In this document: piece after piece, positions 19,521 through 29,517 of the stretch
Position numbering within the stretch: the first letter of the stretch is position 1
Layout of the letters: each line of letters begins with the position of its first letter
From: Treponemataceae bacterium
Lineage (GTDB): Bacteria; Spirochaetota; Spirochaetia; Treponematales; Rectinemataceae
DNA: 64,000 bases
Direction of reading: 5' to 3'
NCBI GenBank assembly: GCA_963678065.2
Contig: CAXXVZ010000002.1
Span: forward strand, 1-64,000
The notes under the pieces: model-generated
Told to the model about the DNA's origin: nothing
The model's database searches: none
The model's input: only the letters and a program-made list of their open reading frames with translations
Translations under genes and position numbers: made by a program

Positions 19521-20876
19521 CTACCTCGCCAGGCAGGGACGCTTGTTGTCGAACTTCCATCCGGGAATGAGGTACTGCATGGCCGTGGCGTCATCCCGGG
19601 AGCCAAGACCCTTTTCCAGATACAGCCGGTGCGCCGCCTCGATGCGCTCCATGTCGGGCTCGATGCCGAGGCCCGCCTTTTCCGGCACCTTGATCTGGCC
19701 GTCCACGATCTTCAGGGGCTCCACCGTGAGGCGCTCCTGGCCTTCCTGCCAGATCCAGTGGGTGTCGAGGGCGGTGATGGAGCCCGGCGCGGCCGCTCCG
19801 ACCTGGGTGAACATCGCGAGGGAGATGTCGAAGTGGTTGTTGGAGTGAGAGCCCCACGTGAGGCCCCACTCATTGCAGAGTTGGGCGACGCGGATCGAGC
19901 CTTGCATGGTCCAGAAGTGCGGGTCCGCGAGGGGGATGTCGACGGAGTGCAGCTGGATGGAGTGACCGAGCTGGCGCCAGTCGGTCGCTATCATGTTCGT
20001 CGCCGTGGGGAGGCCCGTGGCATTCCTGAATTCGGCCATGATCTCGCGGCCGGAGTAGCCGTTTTCGGCGCCGCAGGGGTCCTCGCAGTAAGCCAAGATT
20101 CCGCGCTTGTCCCTGCACAGCCTCGTGGCCTCTTCCAGGGACCAAGCGCCGTTCGGATCGATAGTGATGCGGGAATCGGGGAAACGTTCCGCGAGGGCGA
20201 TGACGGCTTCCATCTCGGCCTCGCCGGGAAGGACGCCGCCTTTAAGTTTGAAATCCTTGAAGCCGTAACGCGCCTTTGCCGCCTCGGCGAGGCGCACGAC
20301 GGACTCTGGCGTCAGGGCTTCCTCGTGCCGCAGGCGCAGCCAGTCGTCGGTGGCCGAGGGGGCGCTCAGATAGGGAAGGTCGGTCTTGTTGCGGTCGCCG
20401 ACGAAGAAGAGATAACCGAGCATGGGCACGGCATCCCGCTGCTTGCCGATGCCGAGAAGAGAGGCGACCGGCACTCCGAGGAATTGTCCGAGGAGATCGA
20501 GGAGGGCCGACTCGATGGCGGTGACGCAGTGGATCGCGACACGGAGGTCGAAGGTCTGCAGACCCCGTCCGCCCGAATCCCTGTCCGAAAAAAGATGACG
20601 CGCGCGGCTCAGGATGTCGTTGTAGGCTCCGAGCGATTTGCCGAGCACGAGGGCGCGGGCTTCTTCCAGTGTCCTGCGGATCTTCTCGCCGCCGGGCACC
20701 TCGCCTGAGCCGGTATGCCCGGCCGAGTCCTTGAGAATGACGATGTTTCGGGTGAAGAAGGGACTGTGTGCGCCTGACAGATTGAGGAGCATGCTGTCCT
20801 GCCCGGCGACCGGGATGACGAGCATTTCCGTGACGACGGGCGCCGACGAAGCCGCTGTGCAATTCTCAGTGTTCAT
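19521..20876 (-). CDS. gudD: Glucarate dehydratase family, paralogue 1
   Basis: [45 protein letters not shown]. Confidence 0.9.
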   Translation of the reverse strand: MNTENCTAASSAPVVTEMLVIPVAGQDSMLLNLSGAHSPFFTRNIVILKDSAGHTGSGEVPGGEKIRRTLEEARALVLGKSLGAYNDILSRARHLFSDRDSGGRGLQTFDLRVAIHCVTAIESALLDLLGQFLGVPVASLLGIGKQRDAVPMLGYLFFVGDRNKTDLPYLSAPSATDDWLRLRHEEALTPESVVRLAEAAKARYGFKDFKLKGGVLPGEAEMEAVIALAERFPDSRITIDPNGAWSLEEATRLCRDKRGILAYCEDPCGAENGYSGREIMAEFRNATGLPTATNMIATDWRQLGHSIQLHSVDIPLADPHFWTMQGSIRVAQLCNEWGLTWGSHSNNHFDISLAMFTQVGAAAPGSITALDTHWIWQEGQERLTVEPLKIVDGQIKVPEKAGLGIEPDMERIEAAHRLYLEKGLGSRDDATAMQYLIPGWKFDNKRPCLAR

Positions 20877-20902
20877 GTTTCTGACTCCCCTATGTTGCTT
20901 GC

Positions 20903-21817
20903 TCAGCGCAAGAGACCCATGCCGATGAGTACATGGCGGAGTTTTTCCCGCTCCTCGTGCGTCATCGGCCCGACGGGGTCCATGCAGGGACCGGCCTCGA
21001 TTCCGAGCAGTCCGAGCGATTCCTTGATCACCGAGGGGAAGGTTCCGATGGTGAAGGCGATACGCAGCGGCGCGAGGTTGAACTGCGCCTCGAGGGCGCC
21101 CGCCATGTCCCCGGCCATGAACTTGTTGTAGATGTCGGCGCAGATGCGCGGCGCCACGTTCGCGCAGGAGGCGATGGAGCCGGTCGCTCCGTAGCACAGG
21201 GCGCCGTAGATCAGCGTGTCGCGCCCCATGAGGACGGAAAAATCCTTCCTGTCCCGCGTCAACCGGATGTATTCGGCGGTGACGGTCAGATCCCCGCTCG
21301 AATCCTTGATGCCGACGATGTTGGAGATTTCTGCGAGTTTTGTTACGGTGGAGGAAGCCAAGGCAACGCTCGTCTTGGGCGGATTGTTGTACAGAAGCAC
21401 CGGAAGCGAGGTGTTGGCCGCGATGGTCCTGTAATGATCGTAGAGCTGATTCTGATTGGGCGTGATGAACATGGGCGTCAGGATCGAGACCGCGTCGACC
21501 TTGCACTCTTCCGCGAGCTGGGTGAGCATGACGCTCTCCCTCGTGGTGATGCCGTTCGACCCCGCGTAGACCGGCACCCTTCCCCTCGTATGGTCCATGG
21601 TGACGAGGAATATTTCCCGCTTCTCTTCGGCTGTGAGTCCGTAAAACTCGCCCGTCGTCCCGACGACGAAAAGGCCGTGTATGCCCCCGTCGATGAGATA
21701 GTCGATCAGCTTGCGCATCGCCTTCTCGTTGAATTTGCCCGTCGCGTCGAGCGGCGTTATGACAGCGGGTATGATCCCCTTGGGTTTGAATCCCGCGCTT
21801 TCTCCGTTCTGCTTCAT
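20903..21817 (-). CDS. DHDPS/NAL-family class I aldolase/lyase
   Basis: [20 protein letters not shown] (Schiff-base Lys). Confidence 0.88.
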   Translation of the reverse strand: MKQNGESAGFKPKGIIPAVITPLDATGKFNEKAMRKLIDYLIDGGIHGLFVVGTTGEFYGLTAEEKREIFLVTMDHTRGRVPVYAGSNGITTRESVMLTQLAEECKVDAVSILTPMFITPNQNQLYDHYRTIAANTSLPVLLYNNPPKTSVALASSTVTKLAEISNIVGIKDSSGDLTVTAEYIRLTRDRKDFSVLMGRDTLIYGALCYGATGSIASCANVAPRICADIYNKFMAGDMAGALEAQFNLAPLRIAFTIGTFPSVIKESLGLLGIEAGPCMDPVGPMTHEEREKLRHVLIGMGLLR

Positions 21818-21926
21818 CTGGTATCCATCCTCTCCTAATGATTTCGTCGATATGAGGCCGCAGCACGGAGCACGGACACTATCCATGCACCGGCATCACG
21901 CAGTCCCTGCCCGCCTGAACGGGCCT

Positions 21927-23462
21927 TCAGGTCACCGGGGCGGGGTTGAACAGGCACAGGGCGTTGTACAGTCTCCATTTCTCGGCCCATGTGCTCGTGC
22001 GGCCGCTTGCAACATCCAGAATGAAATTAAAAAGCTCCCATCCGAGCTCTTCGATCGTCGCCTCGCCCGAGGCTATCTGCCCCGCATTCACGTCGATAAG
22101 GTCGGGCCACTGCTCGGCGAGGGAGTTGCGCGTGCCGACCTTGATGACCGGTATCATCTCGAGGCCGTAGGGAGTGCCCCGTCCTGTCGTGAAGACCTGG
22201 AGCTGGATGCCAGAGGCCATCTGCAGGGTGCCGCAGATGAAGTCGCTCGCCGGCGTCGCCGCGAAAATGAGGCCCTTCCTGTCCACCCTTTCGCCGGGAG
22301 AGAGCACTCCGTCGATCGGGCCCGAGCCGGATTTGGCGATGGAGCCGAGGGCCTTTTCGACGATGTTCGCGAGTCCGCCCTTCTTGTTCCCGGGCGTCGT
22401 GTTGGCGCTGCGGTCCGCCTTTCCGAGGTCGAGGTAATCGTCGTACCACTTCATCTCGCGGATCAGGGCGCGCCCGACCTCGGGAGTCGCGGCGCGGGGC
22501 GTCAGGATGTGGATGGCGTCGCGCACCTCGGTGACTTCGGAGAAGAGCACTGTCCCTCCTGCCCGGACGATGAGGTCGGCTGCGAAGCCGACAGCCGGAT
22601 TGGCTGTGACTCCCGACAGGGCGTCGCTGCCGCCACACTGCACGCCGACGACGAGGTCGGAGACCGGGCAGCTCTCGCGTCGCCGCGCGTCGAGGCGCTT
22701 CAGGTGGACTTCGGCGCGCTCCATGATGACCCTGACCATATCCGCGTAGCCGTGGCAGTCCTGGAGCGAGACGATGTCCGCTTCCGCCCTACCCTGAGCG
22801 AGTCTCTCCGGGGCGAATTTCTCGCAGCCGAGGCCGACCACCATGGTTTCTCCGCCCAGGTTGGGATTCAGCGCCAGATTCTGGAGGGTCCGGATGGGGA
22901 TGATTGCCTCGGGAGCGTTGATCGCTACCCCGCAGCCGTAGTTGTGGTTGAGGGCGACGACTCCGTCCACGTTCGGGTACTTCGGAAGAATTTCGTCCTT
23001 TATCCGTTTCACCGCATGGTCGACGACGCCGGCCACGCACTGGACGCTCGTGTTGATGCCGAGGAGGTTCCTGGTTCCCGCGCTGCCGTCCGGATTGCGG
23101 TAGCCCTCGAACGTGTAGCCATCCAGGGCGGGCATGCGCGCGGGGACGGCGTTGGCCAGAGGCAGGCTGTCCATGTCGGGGGCCTTCGGCAGGTCGACGA
23201 GGGATTCGTCGATCCAGCTTCCTCGTGAAACAGGGCGGGCGGCGTGGCCGATCACCTGTCCGTAGCGGAGGATGGCCTCGCCTCTTCCAAGATCGCAGAG
23301 CGCGACTTTGTGCCCCTCGGGTATCCGCTCGAGGAGCACGAGGCCGTCCGGGAACTGTGTCCCCGCCGGAGCGCCTCCCGCGGAGCCGATCACGGCGACG
23401 TTGTCAGCCGGATCTACTTTAATGAGATTCGGGTATATCCGCGCGGCAGATTCTGAAGACAT
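21927..23462 (-). CDS. garD: Galactarate dehydratase (UxaA/GarD family)
   Basis: SAF-domain N-terminus; [33 protein letters not shown], ends FNPAPVT. Confidence 0.92.
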   Translation of the reverse strand: MSSESAARIYPNLIKVDPADNVAVIGSAGGAPAGTQFPDGLVLLERIPEGHKVALCDLGRGEAILRYGQVIGHAARPVSRGSWIDESLVDLPKAPDMDSLPLANAVPARMPALDGYTFEGYRNPDGSAGTRNLLGINTSVQCVAGVVDHAVKRIKDEILPKYPNVDGVVALNHNYGCGVAINAPEAIIPIRTLQNLALNPNLGGETMVVGLGCEKFAPERLAQGRAEADIVSLQDCHGYADMVRVIMERAEVHLKRLDARRRESCPVSDLVVGVQCGGSDALSGVTANPAVGFAADLIVRAGGTVLFSEVTEVRDAIHILTPRAATPEVGRALIREMKWYDDYLDLGKADRSANTTPGNKKGGLANIVEKALGSIAKSGSGPIDGVLSPGERVDRKGLIFAATPASDFICGTLQMASGIQLQVFTTGRGTPYGLEMIPVIKVGTRNSLAEQWPDLIDVNAGQIASGEATIEELGWELFNFILDVASGRTSTWAEKWRLYNALCLFNPAPVT

Positions 23463-23583
23463 TCTGTCGTTCTCCCCTGAAAAATTGCCTTATCCCGTCA
23501 ATCGCGATGATCGCGATGATCGCGATCGGAACCAGGTGCGCTCGCATGCCCGGCGCACAAGCATGCCTGGCGTATGAGCAGTG

Positions 23584-24978
23584 CTACACGTACATCGAAT
23601 TGCGCTTGGGGTCGTACTTCCAGTCGGGGATCAGGTATCTCATCGCCATGGCGTCGTCCCTCGCCCCGAGGCCGATCTTCTGGTAGAGGCGGTTGGCGCT
23701 CTCGACCCGGTCCATGTCCAGTTCGACACCGAGTCCGGGTTTTTTCGGGACCTGCACGAGGCCGCCTTTGATCGGAAAGGGTTCCTTCGTCAGACGCTCC
23801 TCGCTCTCCTGCCAGATCCAGTGGGTGTCGATGGCCGTCGTTCGTCCCGGAGCGGCGGCCGCGACGTGGGTGAACATCGCGAGGGAGATGTCGAAGTGGT
23901 TGTTAGAGTGCGAGCCCCAGGTGAGCCCCCACTCCTTGCAGAGCTGAGCGACGCGGACGGAGCCCTGCATGGTCCAGAAGTGCGGATCGGCCAACGGGAT
24001 ATCGACCGCGTGCAGTTTGAAGGAGTGGCCGAGCTGGCGCCAGTCGGTGGCGATCATGTTGGTCGCGGTCGGAACGCCGGTGGCACGGCGGAATTCGGCC
24101 ATGATCTCGCGCCCGGAGTAGCCGTTCTCGGGACCGCAGGGGTCTTCGGCGTAGGCCATTACATCGTTCCGGCCGCGGCAGAGGGAGATAGCCTCGTCCA
24201 GAGACCATGCCCCGTTCGGATCGAGGGTTATCCTGGCCGCGGGAAAGCGCTTCGCCAGGGCCTCGACAGCCTGCATTTCCACGGCCCCGCTCATGACGCC
24301 GCCCTTCAGCTTGAAGTCCTCGAAGCCGTAGCGCTCCTTGGCCGCCTCGGCGAGTCTCACGACCGATTCGGGCGTGAGCGCTTCTTCGTGGCGGATGCGC
24401 AGCCACTCGTCGGCTCCGCCCGGATTCCCGAGGTAGGGAAGGTCGGTCTTCTTGCGGTCGCCGATATAGAAGAGGTAGCCGAGCATGCGGACAGCGTCGC
24501 GCTGCTGGCCTTCGCCCAGAAGCGCCGCGACGGGAAGGCCCAGGAATTTGCCCAGGAGGTCGAGCAGGGCTGCCTCGATGGCGGTGAGGACGTTGTCGGC
24601 CCGGAGATTGATCTCGTGGGGTTGTTTGAGGACGGCGGCCTCGGCCGCGCTCGTGACTTCGTGGACCGTCGTCCGGGGACCCGTCGCATTTCCGCCGAGG
24701 AGCTGCGAGCGGATGCCGTCCAGGATGCCGTTCATGGCTCCGATGGATTGGCCGACGACGAGGGGAATGGCCTTCTCCAGGTTCTTCCGGATGCCTTCGC
24801 CGCCGGGGACTTCGCCGACGCCGGTCTGTCCCGAACTGTCCGCGAGGATGACGATGTTGCGGGTAAAGAAGGACGAATGCGCGCCGCAGAGATTGAGCAG
24901 CATGCTGTCATGTCCGGCTACCGGGACGACCAGCATTTCCGTCACGACCGGCGCTCCGGTATAGGTATTCTCTCCCAT
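23584..24978 (-). CDS. Glucarate dehydratase family, paralogue 2 (long-loop variant)
   Basis: Same catalytic motifs as paralogue 1, but [24 protein letters not shown] replaces GLQTFDLR; start could be 24987. Confidence 0.85.
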   Translation of the reverse strand: MGENTYTGAPVVTEMLVVPVAGHDSMLLNLCGAHSSFFTRNIVILADSSGQTGVGEVPGGEGIRKNLEKAIPLVVGQSIGAMNGILDGIRSQLLGGNATGPRTTVHEVTSAAEAAVLKQPHEINLRADNVLTAIEAALLDLLGKFLGLPVAALLGEGQQRDAVRMLGYLFYIGDRKKTDLPYLGNPGGADEWLRIRHEEALTPESVVRLAEAAKERYGFEDFKLKGGVMSGAVEMQAVEALAKRFPAARITLDPNGAWSLDEAISLCRGRNDVMAYAEDPCGPENGYSGREIMAEFRRATGVPTATNMIATDWRQLGHSFKLHAVDIPLADPHFWTMQGSVRVAQLCKEWGLTWGSHSNNHFDISLAMFTHVAAAAPGRTTAIDTHWIWQESEERLTKEPFPIKGGLVQVPKKPGLGVELDMDRVESANRLYQKIGLGARDDAMAMRYLIPDWKYDPKRNSMYV

Positions 24979-25078
24979 TCTTTTCATCCTTCGTTCAGAT
25001 TTTTGGTCTTCGATTCGCGGGCCCATGATTCCGGCCCGGAACCCGAGGTCGCAGAAAGTTCGCTGGCTGACCGCGGGC

Positions 25079-25777
25079 TCAGGCCCTCTCGTCCGCCGGA
25101 ATCTCTTTCTTCGCCTTCAGCCTCTGCATGCGATGCTGCGTGTGGAGGACGGCGATCTCTTCCGCGTCGGTCTCGTTCTGGGTCTTGATGGCCTCGAACA
25201 GCTTTATGTGGCTCTTGTAGGCCTCTTCGCAGATTTCGGCGTTGAAATTTTCCAGGCGGTAGGGCCTGAGCATCACCTGAATGGCTTCGAGGAGGAATAC
25301 GACGAGAGGATTCCGGATGATCTGCGCGAGGCGAGTGTGGAACTCTTCGTCGGCGGAGATGAAAGCTTTGCTGTCGTTGAAGGACTCTGCCTGCCGCGCC
25401 AGGTTTTCCTCGAGATCGTAGAGGTCGTTTTCGTTCCGGTACTTGATCGCGTTGAGAAAGGTTTCCCTGTCCAGAAGCGCCTTCACCGCGTAGAGATTGA
25501 TGGTGTCCGCCTCTTTTCCGAGCATTCCGAGGCGGAAAAAGAGCACGAAGAGGGTGTCGAGGTCGCCGGGCGACAGCTGTTTCACGAAGGATCCCGCCCG
25601 AGGATGCATGTCTATGACGCCCAAGGCCGCGAGCGTGATGAGTCCGGTCCGCACCTGGCTCTGATTGCAGTCCCAGAGCGTAGCCATCTCCCGGATCGAG
25701 GGGAGTCTGGTCCCGACCTGCAGGTTGTTGTCCACGATGTACTGGATGAGTTTGAGCGCAACGGTGTTGGTCAACAT
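25079..25777 (-). CDS. GntR family (FadR subfamily) regulator
   Basis: RLPSIREMA...[21 protein letters not shown] motifs. Confidence 0.88.
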   Translation of the reverse strand: MLTNTVALKLIQYIVDNNLQVGTRLPSIREMATLWDCNQSQVRTGLITLAALGVIDMHPRAGSFVKQLSPGDLDTLFVLFFRLGMLGKEADTINLYAVKALLDRETFLNAIKYRNENDLYDLEENLARQAESFNDSKAFISADEEFHTRLAQIIRNPLVVFLLEAIQVMLRPYRLENFNAEICEEAYKSHIKLFEAIKTQNETDAEEIAVLHTQHRMQRLKAKKEIPADERA

Positions 25778-25797
25778 GATCTCTCGCCTGTCCTTTT

Positions 25798-25840
25798 TAG
25801 ACTCTGATTATCAGTGATTATCACAGATAATCAGAGTCTA
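25798..25840. promoter_or_regulatory. Near-perfect 43-bp palindrome with three GATWATCA boxes; probable operator
   Basis: TAGACTCTGATTATC-AGTGATTATCACA-GATAATCAGAGTCTA; 15-bp perfect arms. Confidence 0.75.
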
Positions 25841-25863
25841 TGGGCATTATTGGAATCCGTCAA
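25835..25863 (-). promoter_or_regulatory. sigma70 promoter of GntR/aldarate operon
   Basis: Minus strand TTGACG-17 bp-TAGACT. Confidence 0.75.
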
Positions 25864-26111
25864 GAAAAAAAGTGTGTCGCCTTTTCTTTTTTAGATCGCC
25901 CGGGCAGCGATGAAATTCACGTGTTGCCGGTACTGTACTGCAGGGGTGGTCAGTCATGTACCGGCATGAATGTGCCGTGCATACGACGGTGAAAAACGGG
26001 GCTTTCCGTAAACGGGACGACCCGCTATCCTGACGCGGTCATCGTGGCGGCGGCGTGATTTCCCTGCCGTGACCGGCCTTGAAGGACAGTTTTCGACAAG
26101 GAGGCAGTCAC

Positions 26112-27524
26112 CTGAAAACGATTTTCCGCATCGGAATACTGGTTCTCGTCGGCCTGCACCTCGCCGGCCCATTTCTGCCCACCACCCTGCAGCCTGTGAT
26201 GTTCATCCCCGCCCTTCTCGTCCTTGTGACAGGATTTCCCCTGATGAGCGGAGGATTCCGCAAGGCTGCCACCCTCTTCCTGGCGCTCGGCGCGGCGATG
26301 CTCGCCTTCAGCCGGCAGCCTGCCTCCGCATGGATGGCAGCCTGCACCTCGATGACCAACATCATTGCCATCGTGGCAGTCATGCAGACCTTCTCCATGC
26401 CAATCCGGCTGGGCGACTATGATTCGGCGATACATTCCTGGCTCAGCCGCAGGTTCAAGAGCAATCGTGCGCTTTTCTTCTTCACGACCATGGCGACACA
26501 CCTTCTCGCGAGCCTCCTCAATCTGGGCTCCATCCCGGTGACTGTCTCCCTCCTCGAGGACACAATCCGACGAAGGGCGCCCCGGTACGAGCGATTCTTC
26601 GCGGCAGCCATGACGCGCGGCTATGTGCTCGCGACGCTCTGGTCTCCCGGAGCGGTCATTCTCTACCTGATTTTGCAGGCAACCGGCCTCTCCTGGGCAC
26701 GACTCTTCGTGCCGGGCTTCCTCCTGGGACTTGCGGGCATGGCGATGTCGTACCTGATGGAAACGCAAAAGCGCGGCGTCCTCTACGAGGCGCCGGAACA
26801 GGTTCACAGGCACGATCGCGCGGACAGGAACGACCCCGAAACCCCGCCCCCTCAGGATGCGCAGGCGAAGAAAGGCGAAGGTTCGCGCGCCTCGCATATC
26901 GTGCTCGTCGCCGCGGCCTTCGTCATAGTCCTCTTTGTCTTTGAAACGCTGCATATCGGCTCATCATCGGGCAGGATCATACTCGCCGGAACTCTGATTT
27001 CCCTCGGATGGACCCTTCTTTTGTCCCGCCGCCCCGGACTCTCCGGCGTACTGAAATCGTACTGGACCGACGGACTCATGAAAGCCGCCGAAATCGGACC
27101 CTTCTTCGTGGCCATGGGATTCTTTTCAGGTGCGCTGGAAAAATCGGGAGTCATGGACATAGTCGGCCCAGCACTCCAATCCGCGTCGATTTCCCTCGGG
27201 GCAGGGGCCGTCGTCTTCATCGGACTCGTCATCGTCCTCTGTTCGCTCGCAGGACTTCACCCCTTCATCACCATCGTCCTGTTCGGAAAGATTCTGGCAC
27301 ACGCGGACCTGCCCATTCCCCCTCTGACCGTCGCCCTTTCGCTCACGGTAGGCGCTGCGACCTCCTACATGATCTCGCCCTTCGCGGGAATGATCATGAC
27401 GGTCTCGAAGCTCCTCGGGGCCAAGGCCACGGATGTGGCCATCCGTTGGAACTGGCGGTTCTGCATCCTGTTTTTCACGACAGGGATGCTGTTCTCGTTT
27501 CTCTGGGGGGCCTGGTTCGGCTGA
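26112..27524 (+). CDS. Multi-pass membrane protein, probable organic-acid transporter
   Basis: About 11-12 hydrophobic segments with a central hydrophilic loop; AAGGAGG 7 nt before an in-frame CTG (alternative TTG at 26079). Confidence 0.7.
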   Translation: MKTIFRIGILVLVGLHLAGPFLPTTLQPVMFIPALLVLVTGFPLMSGGFRKAATLFLALGAAMLAFSRQPASAWMAACTSMTNIIAIVAVMQTFSMPIRLGDYDSAIHSWLSRRFKSNRALFFFTTMATHLLASLLNLGSIPVTVSLLEDTIRRRAPRYERFFAAAMTRGYVLATLWSPGAVILYLILQATGLSWARLFVPGFLLGLAGMAMSYLMETQKRGVLYEAPEQVHRHDRADRNDPETPPPQDAQAKKGEGSRASHIVLVAAAFVIVLFVFETLHIGSSSGRIILAGTLISLGWTLLLSRRPGLSGVLKSYWTDGLMKAAEIGPFFVAMGFFSGALEKSGVMDIVGPALQSASISLGAGAVVFIGLVIVLCSLAGLHPFITIVLFGKILAHADLPIPPLTVALSLTVGAATSYMISPFAGMIMTVSKLLGAKATDVAIRWNWRFCILFFTTGMLFSFLWGAWFG

Positions 27525-27526
27525 GA

Positions 27527-27564
27527 CTGAAGGCAGACCGTCCTGCGACGGTCTGCCTCTTCAG
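27527..27564. terminator. Hairpin between convergent genes
   Basis: AGGCAGACCGTC-ctgc-GACGGTCTGCCT. Confidence 0.7.
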
Positions 27565-27575
27565 ACTTTATATAG

Positions 27576-28943
27576 CTAGCGCACGAGACAGGGTTTCTTG
27601 CTGTCGAACTTCCATCCGGGAATCAGATACTGCATCGCGCTCGCATCGTCTCTGGCGCCCAGGCAACGCTGCAGGTAGAGACGGTTCGCCGCCTCGATGC
27701 GCTCCATGTCGGGCTCGATTCCGAGGCCGGGGCGATCCGTCACTGCGATCATGCCGTCGACGATGCGGTGTGGCTCCCGGGTGAGCCGCTCGCGGCCTTC
27801 CTGCCAGATCCAGTGCGTGTCCAGGGCGGCGATTTCGCCGGGAGCGGCGGCGCCGGTGTGGGCCGTCATGGCCAGGGAGATGTCGAAGTGATTGTTGGAG
27901 TGCGATCCCCAGGTGAGGCCCCATTCGGCGCAGAGCTGGGCCACCCTGACCGAACCCTGCATGGTCCAGAAGTGCGGGTCGGCGAGGGGGATGCTCACCG
28001 ACTGGAGCATGATCGAGTGTCCCATCTCGCGCCAGTCCGTGGCAATCATGTTCGTCGCCGTGGGCAGGCCGGTCGCCCGCCTGAACTCCGACATCACTTC
28101 GCGGCCGGAAAATCCCCGCTCGGCTCCGCAGGGATCTTCGGCGTAGGCGAGTATCCCGTGCAGATTTCTACAAAGCCCGGTGGCCTCCGCGAGGGACCAG
28201 GCGCCGTTTGGATCGATCGTGATGCGGGCTTCCGGGAAGCACTCCGCAAGCGCCGTGATCGCCTCGATTTCCTTCACGCCCGCAAGGACGCCGCCTTTCA
28301 GCTTGAAGTTGCGGAAGCCGTAGAGCTCCCTGGCCGCTTCGGCGAGCCTCACGACGGATTCGGGAGTCAGGGCTTCCTCGTGCCGCAGGCGGTACCAGTC
28401 CTCTTTCGCGCCAGGCTCGCACTGGTAGGGAAGATCGGTCTTCGTCCGGTCTCCGAGGTAGAAGAGATAGCCGAGCATCTCCACCTCGCTTCTCTGCTGG
28501 CCGGTGCCGAGGAGGGCAGCGACCGGAAGGCCGAGAAACTGGCCGAAAAGATCGAGGAGAGCCGATTCGATCGCGGTGACCGCGTGGATCGCGACGCGCT
28601 GATCGAAGGTCTGCTGGCCCCGCCCCTCTGCATCGCGGTCAGCGAAGCGCTTGCGGACGATGTTCAGTGTATTGTTGTACGCGCCGATCCGGGAACCGAT
28701 GACGATGGACCGCGCATCTTCGAGGGTGGCGCGGATCTTCTCGCCTCCCGGTACTTCTCCGAGGCCCGTGTTGCCATGGTTATCCTTCAGGATGACGATG
28801 TTCCGGGTAAAGAACGGACCATGCGCTCCTGACAGGTTCAGCAGCATGCTGTCGTGGCCCGCGACGGGGATCACGAGCATTTCGGTGACGGTGGGGGATC
28901 CTGGGCCTGCGTGACCCGGGACGGTTTTTTCGAGGACTTCCAT
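27576..28943 (-). CDS. Glucarate dehydratase family, paralogue 3
   Basis: [43 protein letters not shown]. Confidence 0.88.
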   Translation of the reverse strand: MEVLEKTVPGHAGPGSPTVTEMLVIPVAGHDSMLLNLSGAHGPFFTRNIVILKDNHGNTGLGEVPGGEKIRATLEDARSIVIGSRIGAYNNTLNIVRKRFADRDAEGRGQQTFDQRVAIHAVTAIESALLDLFGQFLGLPVAALLGTGQQRSEVEMLGYLFYLGDRTKTDLPYQCEPGAKEDWYRLRHEEALTPESVVRLAEAARELYGFRNFKLKGGVLAGVKEIEAITALAECFPEARITIDPNGAWSLAEATGLCRNLHGILAYAEDPCGAERGFSGREVMSEFRRATGLPTATNMIATDWREMGHSIMLQSVSIPLADPHFWTMQGSVRVAQLCAEWGLTWGSHSNNHFDISLAMTAHTGAAAPGEIAALDTHWIWQEGRERLTREPHRIVDGMIAVTDRPGLGIEPDMERIEAANRLYLQRCLGARDDASAMQYLIPGWKFDSKKPCLVR

Positions 28944-28994
28944 TATTTCTCCTTCGCAAATTTCCTGACCGGATAGAGTATCCCGATGTGGATA

Positions 28995-29011
28995 TGCAAA
29001 AACCGCGCCAA
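28995..29011 (-). promoter_or_regulatory. sigma54 (-24/-12) promoter of gudD paralogue 3
   Basis: Minus strand TTGGCGCGGTTTTTGCA (GG-N10-GC). Confidence 0.8.
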
Positions 29012-29403
29012 ATGGTTCAAATAATGGAATCATCTATATGAAATAGAATTATTCAGACTCCACCTGTAACAGGCACATGCCCTGATCTCGCGCAACAGTT
29101 GTTGCACGGTGGCAGAGCACGCCCAATCCTGCATCATTCGTTGCAGGATTGTGTCGCCATGGTCGGGCTTTGGCCGATCGCGGCTCTTCGATACAGTCCG
29201 CGGGGAGACCGACGGGAAGTTATCAGGAAATTCCCGTCCATCCGGAAAAGCCTTCCAGGCTCTGCAACCACTGTGGCATTTCCCTGCTTCGCACCAAAAA
29301 ATTGCTGCATCCCCTGATGCATCGAGGCGATTCTTGACCTGGAACCGTCCGCGGAACCTCGCGGATCATTGTCGTTTTTCGCATCTGTCGCAAATCAGAA
29401 AGA

Positions 29404-29420
29404 TTGGCATGTAAATTGCT
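29404..29420 (+). promoter_or_regulatory. sigma54 (-24/-12) promoter of esterase pair
   Basis: TTGGCATGTAAATTGCT (GG-N10-GC). Confidence 0.8.
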
Positions 29421-29517
29421 AAACCTCGTTCAGACAACAGCAGGAGGTCGAAGGCACAAAAATGGAGTTCGATACATCCGCATCGAAAATTCCGGACGAC
29501 AACAAAGGAGACATCTC

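Noticed and set aside
25962..25975. Fourth sigma54 promoter (CGGCATGAATGTGC)
   Set aside because: GG-to-GC spacing is 9, not 10
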